Origin: Ignicoccus pacificus DSM 13166
GTDB lineage: Archaea > Thermoproteota > Thermoprotei_A > Sulfolobales > Ignicoccaceae
Direction of reading: 5' to 3'
Assembly (NCBI GenBank): GCA_025340205.1
Contig: CP006868.1
Coordinates: forward strand, 900,001-932,000
Length of the DNA: 32,000 nt
The notes beneath the pieces are model-generated. The model ran no database searches. It was given only the letters and a program-made list of their open reading frames with translations, and had not been told where the DNA came from. Shown one piece after another: positions 15,794 through 24,012 of this stretch; position 1 is the first letter of the stretch, and every line of letters starts with the position of its first letter. The translations under genes and the position numbers were made by a program.

Positions 15794-17767
15794 ATGAGAG
15801 ATATGCGCATGAGTGTTCCGAAGAGGAGGACAGAACATCTGACTCAAATAGGGTTTACAACAGTAAAGAACGCTAAGAACCCGCTTGAAGACATGATGGG
15901 CAGATCCGTCAATAGTAATGAATATCAAGGACCTAACAAGCTCCTACTCGAAGCCGCGGAGAGGTACTTCTGGGAGCATGTTGTCGAGGAGGTCATGCCT
16001 AAGGATATGATGAGCGCTCACAGGGAAGGCGTGGTATACGTACATAAGTTACCTCAATCCGTATTCCTACCTTATTGTAACGGTAACGATTACAGTAGAG
16101 TGCTGAAGAAGGGTCTTAGGACTCCAACCATAGTTGCCGGACCGGCCAGAAGATATCAAGTTGCTATGGCTCATGCTGCCAACTTCCTAGCTATGATGCA
16201 ACAGTATTGGACTGGCGCTCAAGCTTATGGAAGCCTAGAGCTATGGGTAGCTCCTTTCATCGCCAAGGAACACTTGAGTGACGATGATATCAAGCAAGGA
16301 ATCCAGACCCTTTACTATGAGCTCAACTTGCCATGGAGGCCCGGAATGCAGACTCCCTTCACCAACATAACGGTAACTTATACTGAGAGTAAGTACATCT
16401 TAGATCAGCCAGCTATCATAGGAGGTGCTTCTACCGGAGACCTCCTAGGCGATTTCCTCGATGAAGCCAGGAGATGGTTAATTCAGTTAGGAAAAGTCCT
16501 TCAAAGAGGAGATGCCCTAAGGCAGCCCTTCACCTTCCCAATTCCGACCCTCATGCCCACCGCCAAGGACTTCTACAATGACCCAGAGCTCTTCGATGCT
16601 ATCTTCGGAACTGCAGCAAAGATGGGAAGCTATTACTGGCTCAACTCCAAGGTCATCGATCCCGATTCCGCCTTCGCTATGTGCTGTAGATACGTAGTTA
16701 AGAAGGATGATGTCAACAAGGCGCTTAGGGGAGGTCTAAGGCTCAAGAGCTTGGAGGAGCAGAGGAAGGAAGAGCTAGAGAGGCTGGCTAAGGGAAGGCT
16801 TGGAGGCACTTGGGCCATACCGGACATCACCGGAAGCATTGGTGTAGTCACCGTCAACCTACCTAGGGTCGCTCTGGACGCCAGAGGAGATGTGGAGACC
16901 TTCTTCCAGATACTCGAGGAGAGGACCGAGCTAGTGGCTAAGTGGCTCAGCTGGTGGAGGGCCCACTACCTAAGGCTGATGAGGAGCTACAAGGACTTCT
17001 ATTCCATGGTCTGGGAGTACTCTCCAGAGTGGACCAAGACCCACTTCAACACCATCGGAGCTATAGGCATGCCCGAGGCTGCAGCCATCCTAATGGATGA
17101 TCCGGAGGTCTGGACGAGCGAGGACATAGGAGCCAAGGAGAAAGCAGTAGAGCTCATGGATAAGATGATAAAGAGGATGGCAGATGTAGCCTCAAGGCTA
17201 ACTGTCGAGTGGGGAGAGCCCTTCAACGTGGAGGAGGTACCCGGAGAGACCGCTGCGGCCAAGCTCTTCATGAACGATCTAAGGCATTACCCGGAGGTCA
17301 GGAAGTTCGTGCCCGAAGGAGTAGATATGTACTCCACCAGCGTGGTTCCCTATTACGACCACGGAATCACTCTATGGCAGAGGATAAGGTGGGAGGGAAG
17401 GGTTCAGCAGAGGTTCACTGGAGGAGTGATGATGCACATCTTCCTAGGAGAGCAGCCCGATCCAGAGGCCTTAGCGAGGCTAACCCAGAAGATCATGGAT
17501 GCCGGAGTGGTGTACTGGAGCTACACCCCAGCTCTCTCAGTATGTGAGAACGGCCACAAGACGGTAGGACTTTACACCAGATGCCCGAGGTGTGGCGCCA
17601 AGACAGAGATATGGAGCAGAATCATAGGCTACTACAGGCCGGTGAGCAACTGGAACCCGTTCAGGCAGAAGGAGTTTAGGATGAGGACCCACTACGAGAG
17701 CAACTTGAGCACTGGGCAGTTAGCGATCTATAGTCTGGAGGATGGAAAGCCAATCTCCAAGAAGTAA
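15794..17767 (+). CDS. nrdD: Anaerobic (class III) ribonucleoside-triphosphate reductase
   Basis: C-terminal Zn-ribbon CENGH...CPRCG followed by the glycyl-radical motif SRIIGYYRPVSNWN. The size and internal conservation fit NrdD. No N-terminal ATP-cone and no nrdG activase in the window. Confidence 0.85.
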   Translation: MRDMRMSVPKRRTEHLTQIGFTTVKNAKNPLEDMMGRSVNSNEYQGPNKLLLEAAERYFWEHVVEEVMPKDMMSAHREGVVYVHKLPQSVFLPYCNGNDYSRVLKKGLRTPTIVAGPARRYQVAMAHAANFLAMMQQYWTGAQAYGSLELWVAPFIAKEHLSDDDIKQGIQTLYYELNLPWRPGMQTPFTNITVTYTESKYILDQPAIIGGASTGDLLGDFLDEARRWLIQLGKVLQRGDALRQPFTFPIPTLMPTAKDFYNDPELFDAIFGTAAKMGSYYWLNSKVIDPDSAFAMCCRYVVKKDDVNKALRGGLRLKSLEEQRKEELERLAKGRLGGTWAIPDITGSIGVVTVNLPRVALDARGDVETFFQILEERTELVAKWLSWWRAHYLRLMRSYKDFYSMVWEYSPEWTKTHFNTIGAIGMPEAAAILMDDPEVWTSEDIGAKEKAVELMDKMIKRMADVASRLTVEWGEPFNVEEVPGETAAAKLFMNDLRHYPEVRKFVPEGVDMYSTSVVPYYDHGITLWQRIRWEGRVQQRFTGGVMMHIFLGEQPDPEALARLTQKIMDAGVVYWSYTPALSVCENGHKTVGLYTRCPRCGAKTEIWSRIIGYYRPVSNWNPFRQKEFRMRTHYESNLSTGQLAIYSLEDGKPISKK

Positions 17768-17774
17768 AACTCCC

Positions 17775-17790
17775 CTTTTCATGTACTTTT
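17775..17790 (+). terminator. T-tract terminator candidate after nrdD
   Basis: CCCCTTTTCATGTACTTTTCG lies directly after the nrdD stop. Oligo-T tracts are the usual archaeal termination signal. Confidence 0.4.
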
Positions 17791-17795
17791 CGTAT

Positions 17796-17823
17796 CAATA
17801 TATATTGCACAAACTTGTTTAAA
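17796..17823 (+). promoter_or_regulatory. sucC promoter region with two TATA-like elements
   Basis: Palindromic CAATATATATTG (17796-17807) and TTTAAA (17818-17823). The second is centred about 37 nt upstream of the TTG start at 17858. Confidence 0.4.
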
Positions 17824-17857
17824 CTGCCTAGTCCCAACTCCCACTGGGGTACCACCC

Positions 17858-18991
17858 TTGAACTTGCTCGAATATGAGGCTAAGGAGATAGCGAAGAAGT
17901 ATCATATTCCGGTCCCACCGGGTGTTCTGATAGAAGAGCCGGGACAAGTACAGCAAGCGATAGACGAGCTGGGCTTACCCGTAGTCCTGAAGGCACAAGT
18001 CCCGGTAGCGGGAAGGGGAAAGGCGGGAGGAGTGAAGCTCGCTAGAGATCCAGATGAGGCCTATGAAATAGCTGAGGAGCTATTCGAGAAGGAGATCAAG
18101 GGTTATCCCGTCTACTCGATACTCGTGGAGAAGGCCGCTAACATACAAAGAGAACTGTACCTATCCTTCACTCTGGACAGAGCCAACAGAAGGGTCGTAA
18201 TGCTCGCTTCTGGAGAAGGAGGAATGGAGATAGAAGAGTTAGCTAAGGAGAAACCCGAGGCCATAATCAAACTCCCTATAGAGCCCGAAATAGGACTTAA
18301 GGCTCATGAAGTCAGAGAGGTAGGTAAGAAGATAGGGCTTAGTGGTAACTGCCTTAGGTCCTTCGAGCAAATAGCGAAGTCTATGTATAAGATATTCATG
18401 GATTACGATGCTGATCTGGTCGAAAGTAACCCCCTAGCTATAACTGATCAAGGTATGATGGCCTTAGACTTCAGAATGATAATTGATGACAACGCTATAT
18501 TCCGTCACCCAGAGTTCGAGGCTGCTAGAGAGAGGGAGCTAAGAGGCGCGGAGAAGATAGCTGCAAAGAGAGGATTCTTCTATGTAGAACTAGATGGCGA
18601 CATAGGAATTATCGGTAATGGTGCTGGACTTACCATGGCTACAATGGATGTCGTGAATTACTATGGAGGTAGACCCGCTAACTTCCTAGATATCGGCGGA
18701 GGAGCTAGAAGGGAGAGAGTGAAGGAAGCAGTAAAGGTACTCCTAGAGAACCCTAGGGTTAAGGTTATATTCGTCAATATATTCGGTGGAATTACCTTGG
18801 CTAGCGAAGTCGCCTTAGGGATAGTAGCAGCCTTGCAAGAATCGCCAGTGAAGAAGCCAATAGTGGCCAGAGTCGTGGGAACGGCTGAGGAAGAGGGAAG
18901 GAAGATCCTACAAGAGGCCGGGATCCCGCTTTTTGAGAGCATGGATGAAGCCGCCAAAGAGGCGGTAAGGTTGGCTAAGGAAGTAGCTTGA
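17858..18991 (+). CDS. sucC: Succinyl-CoA synthetase (ADP-forming) beta subunit
   Basis: ATP-grasp N-terminus (M)NLLEYEAKEIAKKYHIPVP and VLKAQVPVAGRGKAGGVKLA. C-terminal CoA-ligase domain with GIIGNGAGLTMATMD and NIFGGIT. TTG start. Confidence 0.9.
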   Translation: MNLLEYEAKEIAKKYHIPVPPGVLIEEPGQVQQAIDELGLPVVLKAQVPVAGRGKAGGVKLARDPDEAYEIAEELFEKEIKGYPVYSILVEKAANIQRELYLSFTLDRANRRVVMLASGEGGMEIEELAKEKPEAIIKLPIEPEIGLKAHEVREVGKKIGLSGNCLRSFEQIAKSMYKIFMDYDADLVESNPLAITDQGMMALDFRMIIDDNAIFRHPEFEAARERELRGAEKIAAKRGFFYVELDGDIGIIGNGAGLTMATMDVVNYYGGRPANFLDIGGGARRERVKEAVKVLLENPRVKVIFVNIFGGITLASEVALGIVAALQESPVKKPIVARVVGTAEEEGRKILQEAGIPLFESMDEAAKEAVRLAKEVA

Positions 18992-19006
18992 AGGAGGTGA
19001 GAGGAG

Positions 19007-19897
19007 ATGGTAGTACTGGTCGATGAAAACACTCGAGTAGTCGTTCAAGGAATGACTGGACGCTACGGAAAGTTCCACAGCGAGCAAATGATGAAGTATG
19101 GAACGAAGATATTGGCCGGCGTAACACCCGGTAAAGGCGGCCAAGAGGTCTTAGGAAGGCCCATCTTCGACACCGTAAAAGAGGCGAAGGAACAATTTCC
19201 AGAGCTAAACACCTCCATAATATTCGTACCCTCCAGCGGCGCAGCAGATGCGATAATTGAGGCAGCCGACGCTGGTCTAAAGCTAATTGTGGTCATCACC
19301 GAAGGAATACCGGTTCATGATACTCTAAGGGCGGTGAGATATGCTAGGAGTAAAGGAGCAGTAGTCGTAGGTCCTAACTGTCCCGGCGTAATAAGCCCTG
19401 GAAAGGCCAAGGTGGGAATAATGCCACATCAGTACTTCACTCCGGGTAGAGTAGGAATAGTGTCTAGATCTGGTACTCTGACTTATGAGATAGCGTATCA
19501 GCTCACGAAGAGGGGAATAGGACAAAGCACGGCGATAGGAATAGGAGGAGACCCAATAATAGGCTTGGATACCGTCGAAGCGGTTAAGCTTATGGATAAG
19601 GACCCTGATACCGATCTAATCGTTGTAATTGGAGAGATCGGAGGAGACGCTGAGGAGAGGCTGGCGGCTGCGATAAAGAGAGGTGAGATAACCAAACCGG
19701 TAGTTGCTTACGTTGCCGGAAGGACGGCTCCTCCAGGAAAGAGAATGGGTCACGCTGGAGCGATCATAAGCATGGGAGCCGGTACTGCCGAGAGTAAGGT
19801 GAAGGCCTTCAGAGAAGCGGGAGTCCCCGTAGCTGACATTCCCTCTCAAGTCCCCGACTTGGTAGAACAGAAGCTGAAAGAGATGGGCAAGCTCTAA
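19007..19897 (+). CDS. sucD: Succinyl-CoA synthetase alpha subunit
   Basis: Motifs VVQGMTGRYGKFH, GPNCPGVISP, SRSGTLTYE, and the phospho-His motif MGHAGAII. A strong SD (GGAGGTGA) precedes the ATG, 15 nt after the sucC stop. Confidence 0.93.
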   Translation: MVVLVDENTRVVVQGMTGRYGKFHSEQMMKYGTKILAGVTPGKGGQEVLGRPIFDTVKEAKEQFPELNTSIIFVPSSGAADAIIEAADAGLKLIVVITEGIPVHDTLRAVRYARSKGAVVVGPNCPGVISPGKAKVGIMPHQYFTPGRVGIVSRSGTLTYEIAYQLTKRGIGQSTAIGIGGDPIIGLDTVEAVKLMDKDPDTDLIVVIGEIGGDAEERLAAAIKRGEITKPVVAYVAGRTAPPGKRMGHAGAIISMGAGTAESKVKAFREAGVPVADIPSQVPDLVEQKLKEMGKL

Positions 19898-19898
19898 C

Positions 19899-19904
19899 TT
19901 TTTT
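19899..19904 (+). terminator. T6 tract after sucD
   Basis: TAACTTTTTTG lies immediately after the sucD stop. It is followed by TATATA (19917-19922), about 35 nt upstream of the next ATG. Confidence 0.45.
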
Positions 19905-19954
19905 GAAGACAAGATGTATATACTTCCCTAAGCATCACTCAACGGGATTCCTCA

Positions 19955-21190
19955 ATGGTAGGAGACACCATATGGGAGTTCAGGTCTCCCAGAAGCAAGT
20001 TCGGACCAGGAAGTTTCAACGAACTAGGAGCTGAAATGAAGAGGATGAGGTGTGAGAAGCCTTTCGTGATAACCACCAGGGGATGGGTAAGAAGGGGAAT
20101 CATCGATAGGCTGAAGGAGATACTAGGCACTGAGGTTCCTTATTGGGATGGCGTGGAGCCGGAGCCATCTGCGGAGAGCGTGGAGGAAGCCGCCAAGGCC
20201 TTTAAGGAGAGCAACGCCGATTGCCTTATAGCAATAGGTGGCGGTTCCGCCCTGGATACCGCTAAGATAGCCAACCTACTCGCGACCTATGGTGGAAGCG
20301 TTAGGGATTACATAGCTCCTCCCTATGGTCAAGGAAAGCCCGTTCCCGGTCCCGTAAAGCCGATGATAGCGGTCCCCACTACTGCTGGTACTGGAAGCGA
20401 GGTAACTAGCGTAGCAGTCGTGACCCTCAAGGCGGAGAATGTAAAAGTTGGAATAAGCTCCGATTACTTGAGACCCAGCCTAGCTCTGCTCGATCCGGAA
20501 CTAACCTTGACCGTTCCCCCCAAGGTAACCGCCGACACCGGTATGGATGCCTTAACACATGCTGTAGAAGCCTACATAGCGAAGCCTTACTGGGCCAGGG
20601 AGAAGCCCGAAGATCCACTAAAGAGACCGGTCTACGTAGGATCTTACTCTGTTACTGAGAGCCTGGCTGAGAAAGCCATAGAGCTCGTCGGAAAGTACTT
20701 GAGGAGGGCTGTCTACTGGGGTAAGACCGACCTAGAGGCAAGAAGCGGAATGCTCTTGGCCAGCTACTTGGCCGGTCTCGCCTTCGGAAACTCTGGAGTA
20801 GGGTTAGCCCACGCTGCCTCCTACCCGCTAGGCGGAAGGTTCAAGGTAACTCATGGAGAGGCCGTGGGAATATTGCTCCCGGCAGTACTCGAGTACAACG
20901 CTCCAGCTAACTACGAGAAGGCCAAGAAGGTGGGTGAGCTGCTAAGCGGAACCGAGTGCCCGGAGAAGGATCCCCAGAAGTGTGCCGAGTGGGCGGCTAA
21001 CGTAATAAGGGCTCTCCAGAAGGACATCAAGTTCACGCCAGGCTTGGAAGTAGTTGGAGTCACAGAGGAAGATATCATTGAGATGGCAGAAGAGACTATG
21101 AAGCAGAAGAGGTTATTGGCAACGAATCCTAGACCCGTCGATGTAGATGGCGTTATATGGGTTTACAAGAGGAGCATGAGGAACTACTAA
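19955..21190 (+). CDS. Iron-containing (group III) alcohol dehydrogenase family protein
   Basis: Motifs IAIGGGSALDTAKIANLL, PTTAGTGSEVT, DALTHAVEAY and HGEAVGILLP (metal-binding His residues), characteristic of the Fe-ADH family. The substrate cannot be told from the sequence. Confidence 0.85.
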   Translation: MVGDTIWEFRSPRSKFGPGSFNELGAEMKRMRCEKPFVITTRGWVRRGIIDRLKEILGTEVPYWDGVEPEPSAESVEEAAKAFKESNADCLIAIGGGSALDTAKIANLLATYGGSVRDYIAPPYGQGKPVPGPVKPMIAVPTTAGTGSEVTSVAVVTLKAENVKVGISSDYLRPSLALLDPELTLTVPPKVTADTGMDALTHAVEAYIAKPYWAREKPEDPLKRPVYVGSYSVTESLAEKAIELVGKYLRRAVYWGKTDLEARSGMLLASYLAGLAFGNSGVGLAHAASYPLGGRFKVTHGEAVGILLPAVLEYNAPANYEKAKKVGELLSGTECPEKDPQKCAEWAANVIRALQKDIKFTPGLEVVGVTEEDIIEMAEETMKQKRLLATNPRPVDVDGVIWVYKRSMRNY

Positions 21191-21204
21191 TCTGGTTCTC
21201 ATTT

Positions 21205-21879
21205 TTAGATATTGAATATCCTAGAAAGCAGAACCAAAACTATAAATGAACACAGCGGTACGGTGATGTTATCGTCTATTTTCCCTCCCAAGAACTCAAA
21301 CCTCTCCACAATAGCGGCTACTATGCCAGCTATGATTCCCGGTAAACCGACCAGACTTCCTATGAGTACGTTTACTATCAGCATACCAATGTTTCCGTAC
21401 CATGACTTGGTTCTCCTTTTGAATAGAGCATTCCTTATCAATCCTGTAACGCCGTCGCCTATTGCCATGAACGCAGCCGGGAGAACTCCATACCAAGGGT
21501 TGCCCAGCAAGTAACCTAAGGCAAGCATAACGGCTGTCATCAACGTGAAGTGAACCTCGTAATCGTTTTCATGTGTTTGGAACCAGTACATTAGCTTCTT
21601 CTTTTCCATTCTGGCCTTTGCTACTATCGCAGTTAAGATAAGCGATAGGGATATCGGAACAAGTGGTTCTGTATATAGAAATGGAACTAATAGGACCAAT
21701 CCACCTGCCGTTATATGGATGAGTTTGCGGTTGTAGTACACTGCTACGTTATGCTCGACGCCTCTGTCTCGTAGTACATGATAGAGTTTCTTGGTTAATA
21801 CCTTCATGACGAATAAGGTCCATATGGCTATTGGAATGGAGATCAGTAGCTCGAATATGATCCTCTCCATCACTCCCAT
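21205..21879 (-). CDS. Polytopic membrane protein, polyprenol/dolichol kinase-like (cytidylyltransferase family 1 superfamily)
   Basis: About 6-7 TM helices. The C-terminal motif AIGDGVTGLIRNALFKRRTKSWYGNIGML resembles GDxxAxxxGxxxGxxK...KSxEG of dolichol/phytol kinases and CdsA-like enzymes. The assignment is by motif memory only. Confidence 0.45.
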   Translation of the reverse strand: MGVMERIIFELLISIPIAIWTLFVMKVLTKKLYHVLRDRGVEHNVAVYYNRKLIHITAGGLVLLVPFLYTEPLVPISLSLILTAIVAKARMEKKKLMYWFQTHENDYEVHFTLMTAVMLALGYLLGNPWYGVLPAAFMAIGDGVTGLIRNALFKRRTKSWYGNIGMLIVNVLIGSLVGLPGIIAGIVAAIVERFEFLGGKIDDNITVPLCSFIVLVLLSRIFNI

Positions 21880-21973
21880 CGTTCAACTCATAAGGGGTCA
21901 AGGTTATTAGTGTTGATCCGGCCTAGATTTTAACCGATCGGACGAGTGAGAAGAGTGAGGCCGGTGAACTTCA

Positions 21974-22807
21974 GTGGACCCTATAACTATCCCTTATCTT
22001 ATAATAAGCACCATTTACATAAAGGGGGATGTAGCATACTTCGCAGCGGGACCCTACCTATATACCTTGAACTTGACGTCCTTCCATTACAAGAGGTACT
22101 ATTATCTACCCTATTGTGGCAGTCTTTACTGCATTCCCACTTGTGTCGGTGAAATAAACAATACCATAGTAGTTGGAACAAGCGGATCTCTCTTATCCTT
22201 TAACGGGGAAACGTTTAGAAGAATCTTAGGTTTGCCAGTATCTGCTTGTAATAAGTACTTGGCAGTAGGTGTGAGCTATACTGACTCTAATAACGTTGTA
22301 AGATGGGGAGAGCTGCTGAGCAAGGATTTGAAACCTCTTTATGAGGGATGTGCAGTCTTCAGTACTTCTAATGACTATTACTCTCTTATTTGTAACAATA
22401 CTTATTCCATAGTTTACCATTCATCCACAATCTCGACCGAAGGTCCTGCGATCCTCTCGTCTAACGACAATTTTGAAGCGGCATTAGTCATGGGGATGAG
22501 CGGTAAATTAATAATATTTTCAAATGGCAAGATAATTAAGCGCTACGACCTAGGTACCGCATACAGTCCTCAGATATATTTGAGTGGGTATTCTAACTAC
22601 TTCTTCGTTATATGGAACGGTGAGCTATATGTATGGAAAGGCGGTGAATTATATAAGAGTAACTTGAGAGCGGTAGCAGTCGCTGGTTTTGGAAACGGAA
22701 ACTTACTCATCTTAAGACTCAGCAACGGAAAGCTAAAGGTAGAGGTAACTAATATTAGAGAACTAAAACTGAAGAGGTTTACCACTACGAGTTCTCCACT
22801 TGCATAA
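21974..22807 (+). CDS. Hypothetical Cys-rich repeat protein, beta-propeller-like; possibly a degenerate paralogue of 4070..5092
   Basis: GTG start directly after an in-frame stop, with no signal peptide. Blade-like repeats (SLLSFNGETF, KLIIFSNGKIIKRYDL, ELYVWKGGELY, LLILRLSNGKLKVEV). It ends in TTTSSPLA*, at the point where the 4070 protein continues into its PAPALL tail. A+T-rich. Overlaps the convergent GT gene by 23 nt. Confidence 0.45.
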   Translation: MDPITIPYLIISTIYIKGDVAYFAAGPYLYTLNLTSFHYKRYYYLPYCGSLYCIPTCVGEINNTIVVGTSGSLLSFNGETFRRILGLPVSACNKYLAVGVSYTDSNNVVRWGELLSKDLKPLYEGCAVFSTSNDYYSLICNNTYSIVYHSSTISTEGPAILSSNDNFEAALVMGMSGKLIIFSNGKIIKRYDLGTAYSPQIYLSGYSNYFFVIWNGELYVWKGGELYKSNLRAVAVAGFGNGNLLILRLSNGKLKVEVTNIRELKLKRFTTTSSPLA

Positions 22808-23972
22808 TGCTTTTTAAGAATTTTACTCTCATTATGTGGTTTAGCGTCTTTGAGAAACTGGATTTGAATGCGTCGAAGGAAAACTTCTTAGAGTGCGTAA
22901 CACACGATTCCTTTAGTTTAGAATACCTTTCATGGTCTCTTTCTAGGAATCTTACCTTATCTATTACCTCGTGTATATCGCTATATCCAAGCTCTCGTGA
23001 TATAGGGGCTACTATATCGAACCATGCACCGCCGTCTTTAAGGACGAAAGGAATAGCACCGGCAGCCATGGCTTCGACTATCGCTATCCCGAAGTGCTCT
23101 ACCAAAGGAGGATGAAGGTAATACTTAGCTCTTCCAATCAATTCCTTCAGTTCGTCAAAAGATAAGTTCGGTTTAAGCTCGAGGTTATTCACTTCCATTG
23201 ATTCTTTTAAATTCCTTAACTTTCTTAAATATTTTGAATCCTCACTTGCCGATCCCACGATATAAAAGGTGAACTCTTTCAAATCTTTGGCTATCCTTAT
23301 TACCTCCTCTAACCTCTTTTCTGGTGAGAATCTACTCACCGTTATTATTATGTTCTCTTTCTTTTTATTAGAAAGCTCTAGGAATTCTTCAACTCTTGCA
23401 GGAGGATACAGTACCAGCGGTATAATGGAGAAGTCTTCGTAAATTTTGTTGGCAGTCCACGTAGAGTTCGCGAGAACGAAGGCGGATCTTTTGGAAACCA
23501 TTTTAGCTATAACCTTTACTATCGTATTGTAAACCTTGTCTACAGTATTGGTGCTCTCACTAACAGACCTCGTTGCTGGATAGTGAATGTAGGAAATGTC
23601 AGCCCTTGTGGGTACGTTGGAATGAGTCTCAATAATTACGTTACAACCGTTTCTCATCGCCTCTAATATTAAATGATTTACTGCTAAGAGCCTTCTCATC
23701 CTGGCTGCCTTACCTAGACCTACAAGCCCTAGGACTTTCTCAGAAAAAGTCAAGTATCTAGTCTTTAAGTTAGATCTAACGATTATATCATCTAAAGAAA
23801 AACCGTATTTTCTCTTTATCTCTATTGCATTAACTTCGGAAGCGCTAAATAACATTGCTTCATGACCTAACTCTTTGATCACTTTCAGCATGGAGATAGC
23901 TACGAGCTCGGCCCCTCCTAATTCATCGAAGTATTCATGAACAACGCATACCTTCAAAGCTTCAATCTCCAA
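22785..23972 (-). CDS. GT-B fold glycosyltransferase, family 4-like
   Basis: N-terminal VHEYFDELGGAELVA, and a C-terminal E-x7-E motif (VEHFGIAIVEAMAAGAIPFV) typical of GT4 retaining glycosyltransferases. TTG start at 23972, with an alternative TTG at 23957. Confidence 0.8.
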   Translation of the reverse strand: MEIEALKVCVVHEYFDELGGAELVAISMLKVIKELGHEAMLFSASEVNAIEIKRKYGFSLDDIIVRSNLKTRYLTFSEKVLGLVGLGKAARMRRLLAVNHLILEAMRNGCNVIIETHSNVPTRADISYIHYPATRSVSESTNTVDKVYNTIVKVIAKMVSKRSAFVLANSTWTANKIYEDFSIIPLVLYPPARVEEFLELSNKKKENIIITVSRFSPEKRLEEVIRIAKDLKEFTFYIVGSASEDSKYLRKLRNLKESMEVNNLELKPNLSFDELKELIGRAKYYLHPPLVEHFGIAIVEAMAAGAIPFVLKDGGAWFDIVAPISRELGYSDIHEVIDKVRFLERDHERYSKLKESCVTHSKKFSFDAFKSSFSKTLNHIMRVKFLKSIMQVENS

Positions 23973-24012
23973 AGGAAAAAGGAATGGGGAAGTTTAATGG
24001 ACTATGAAAATC

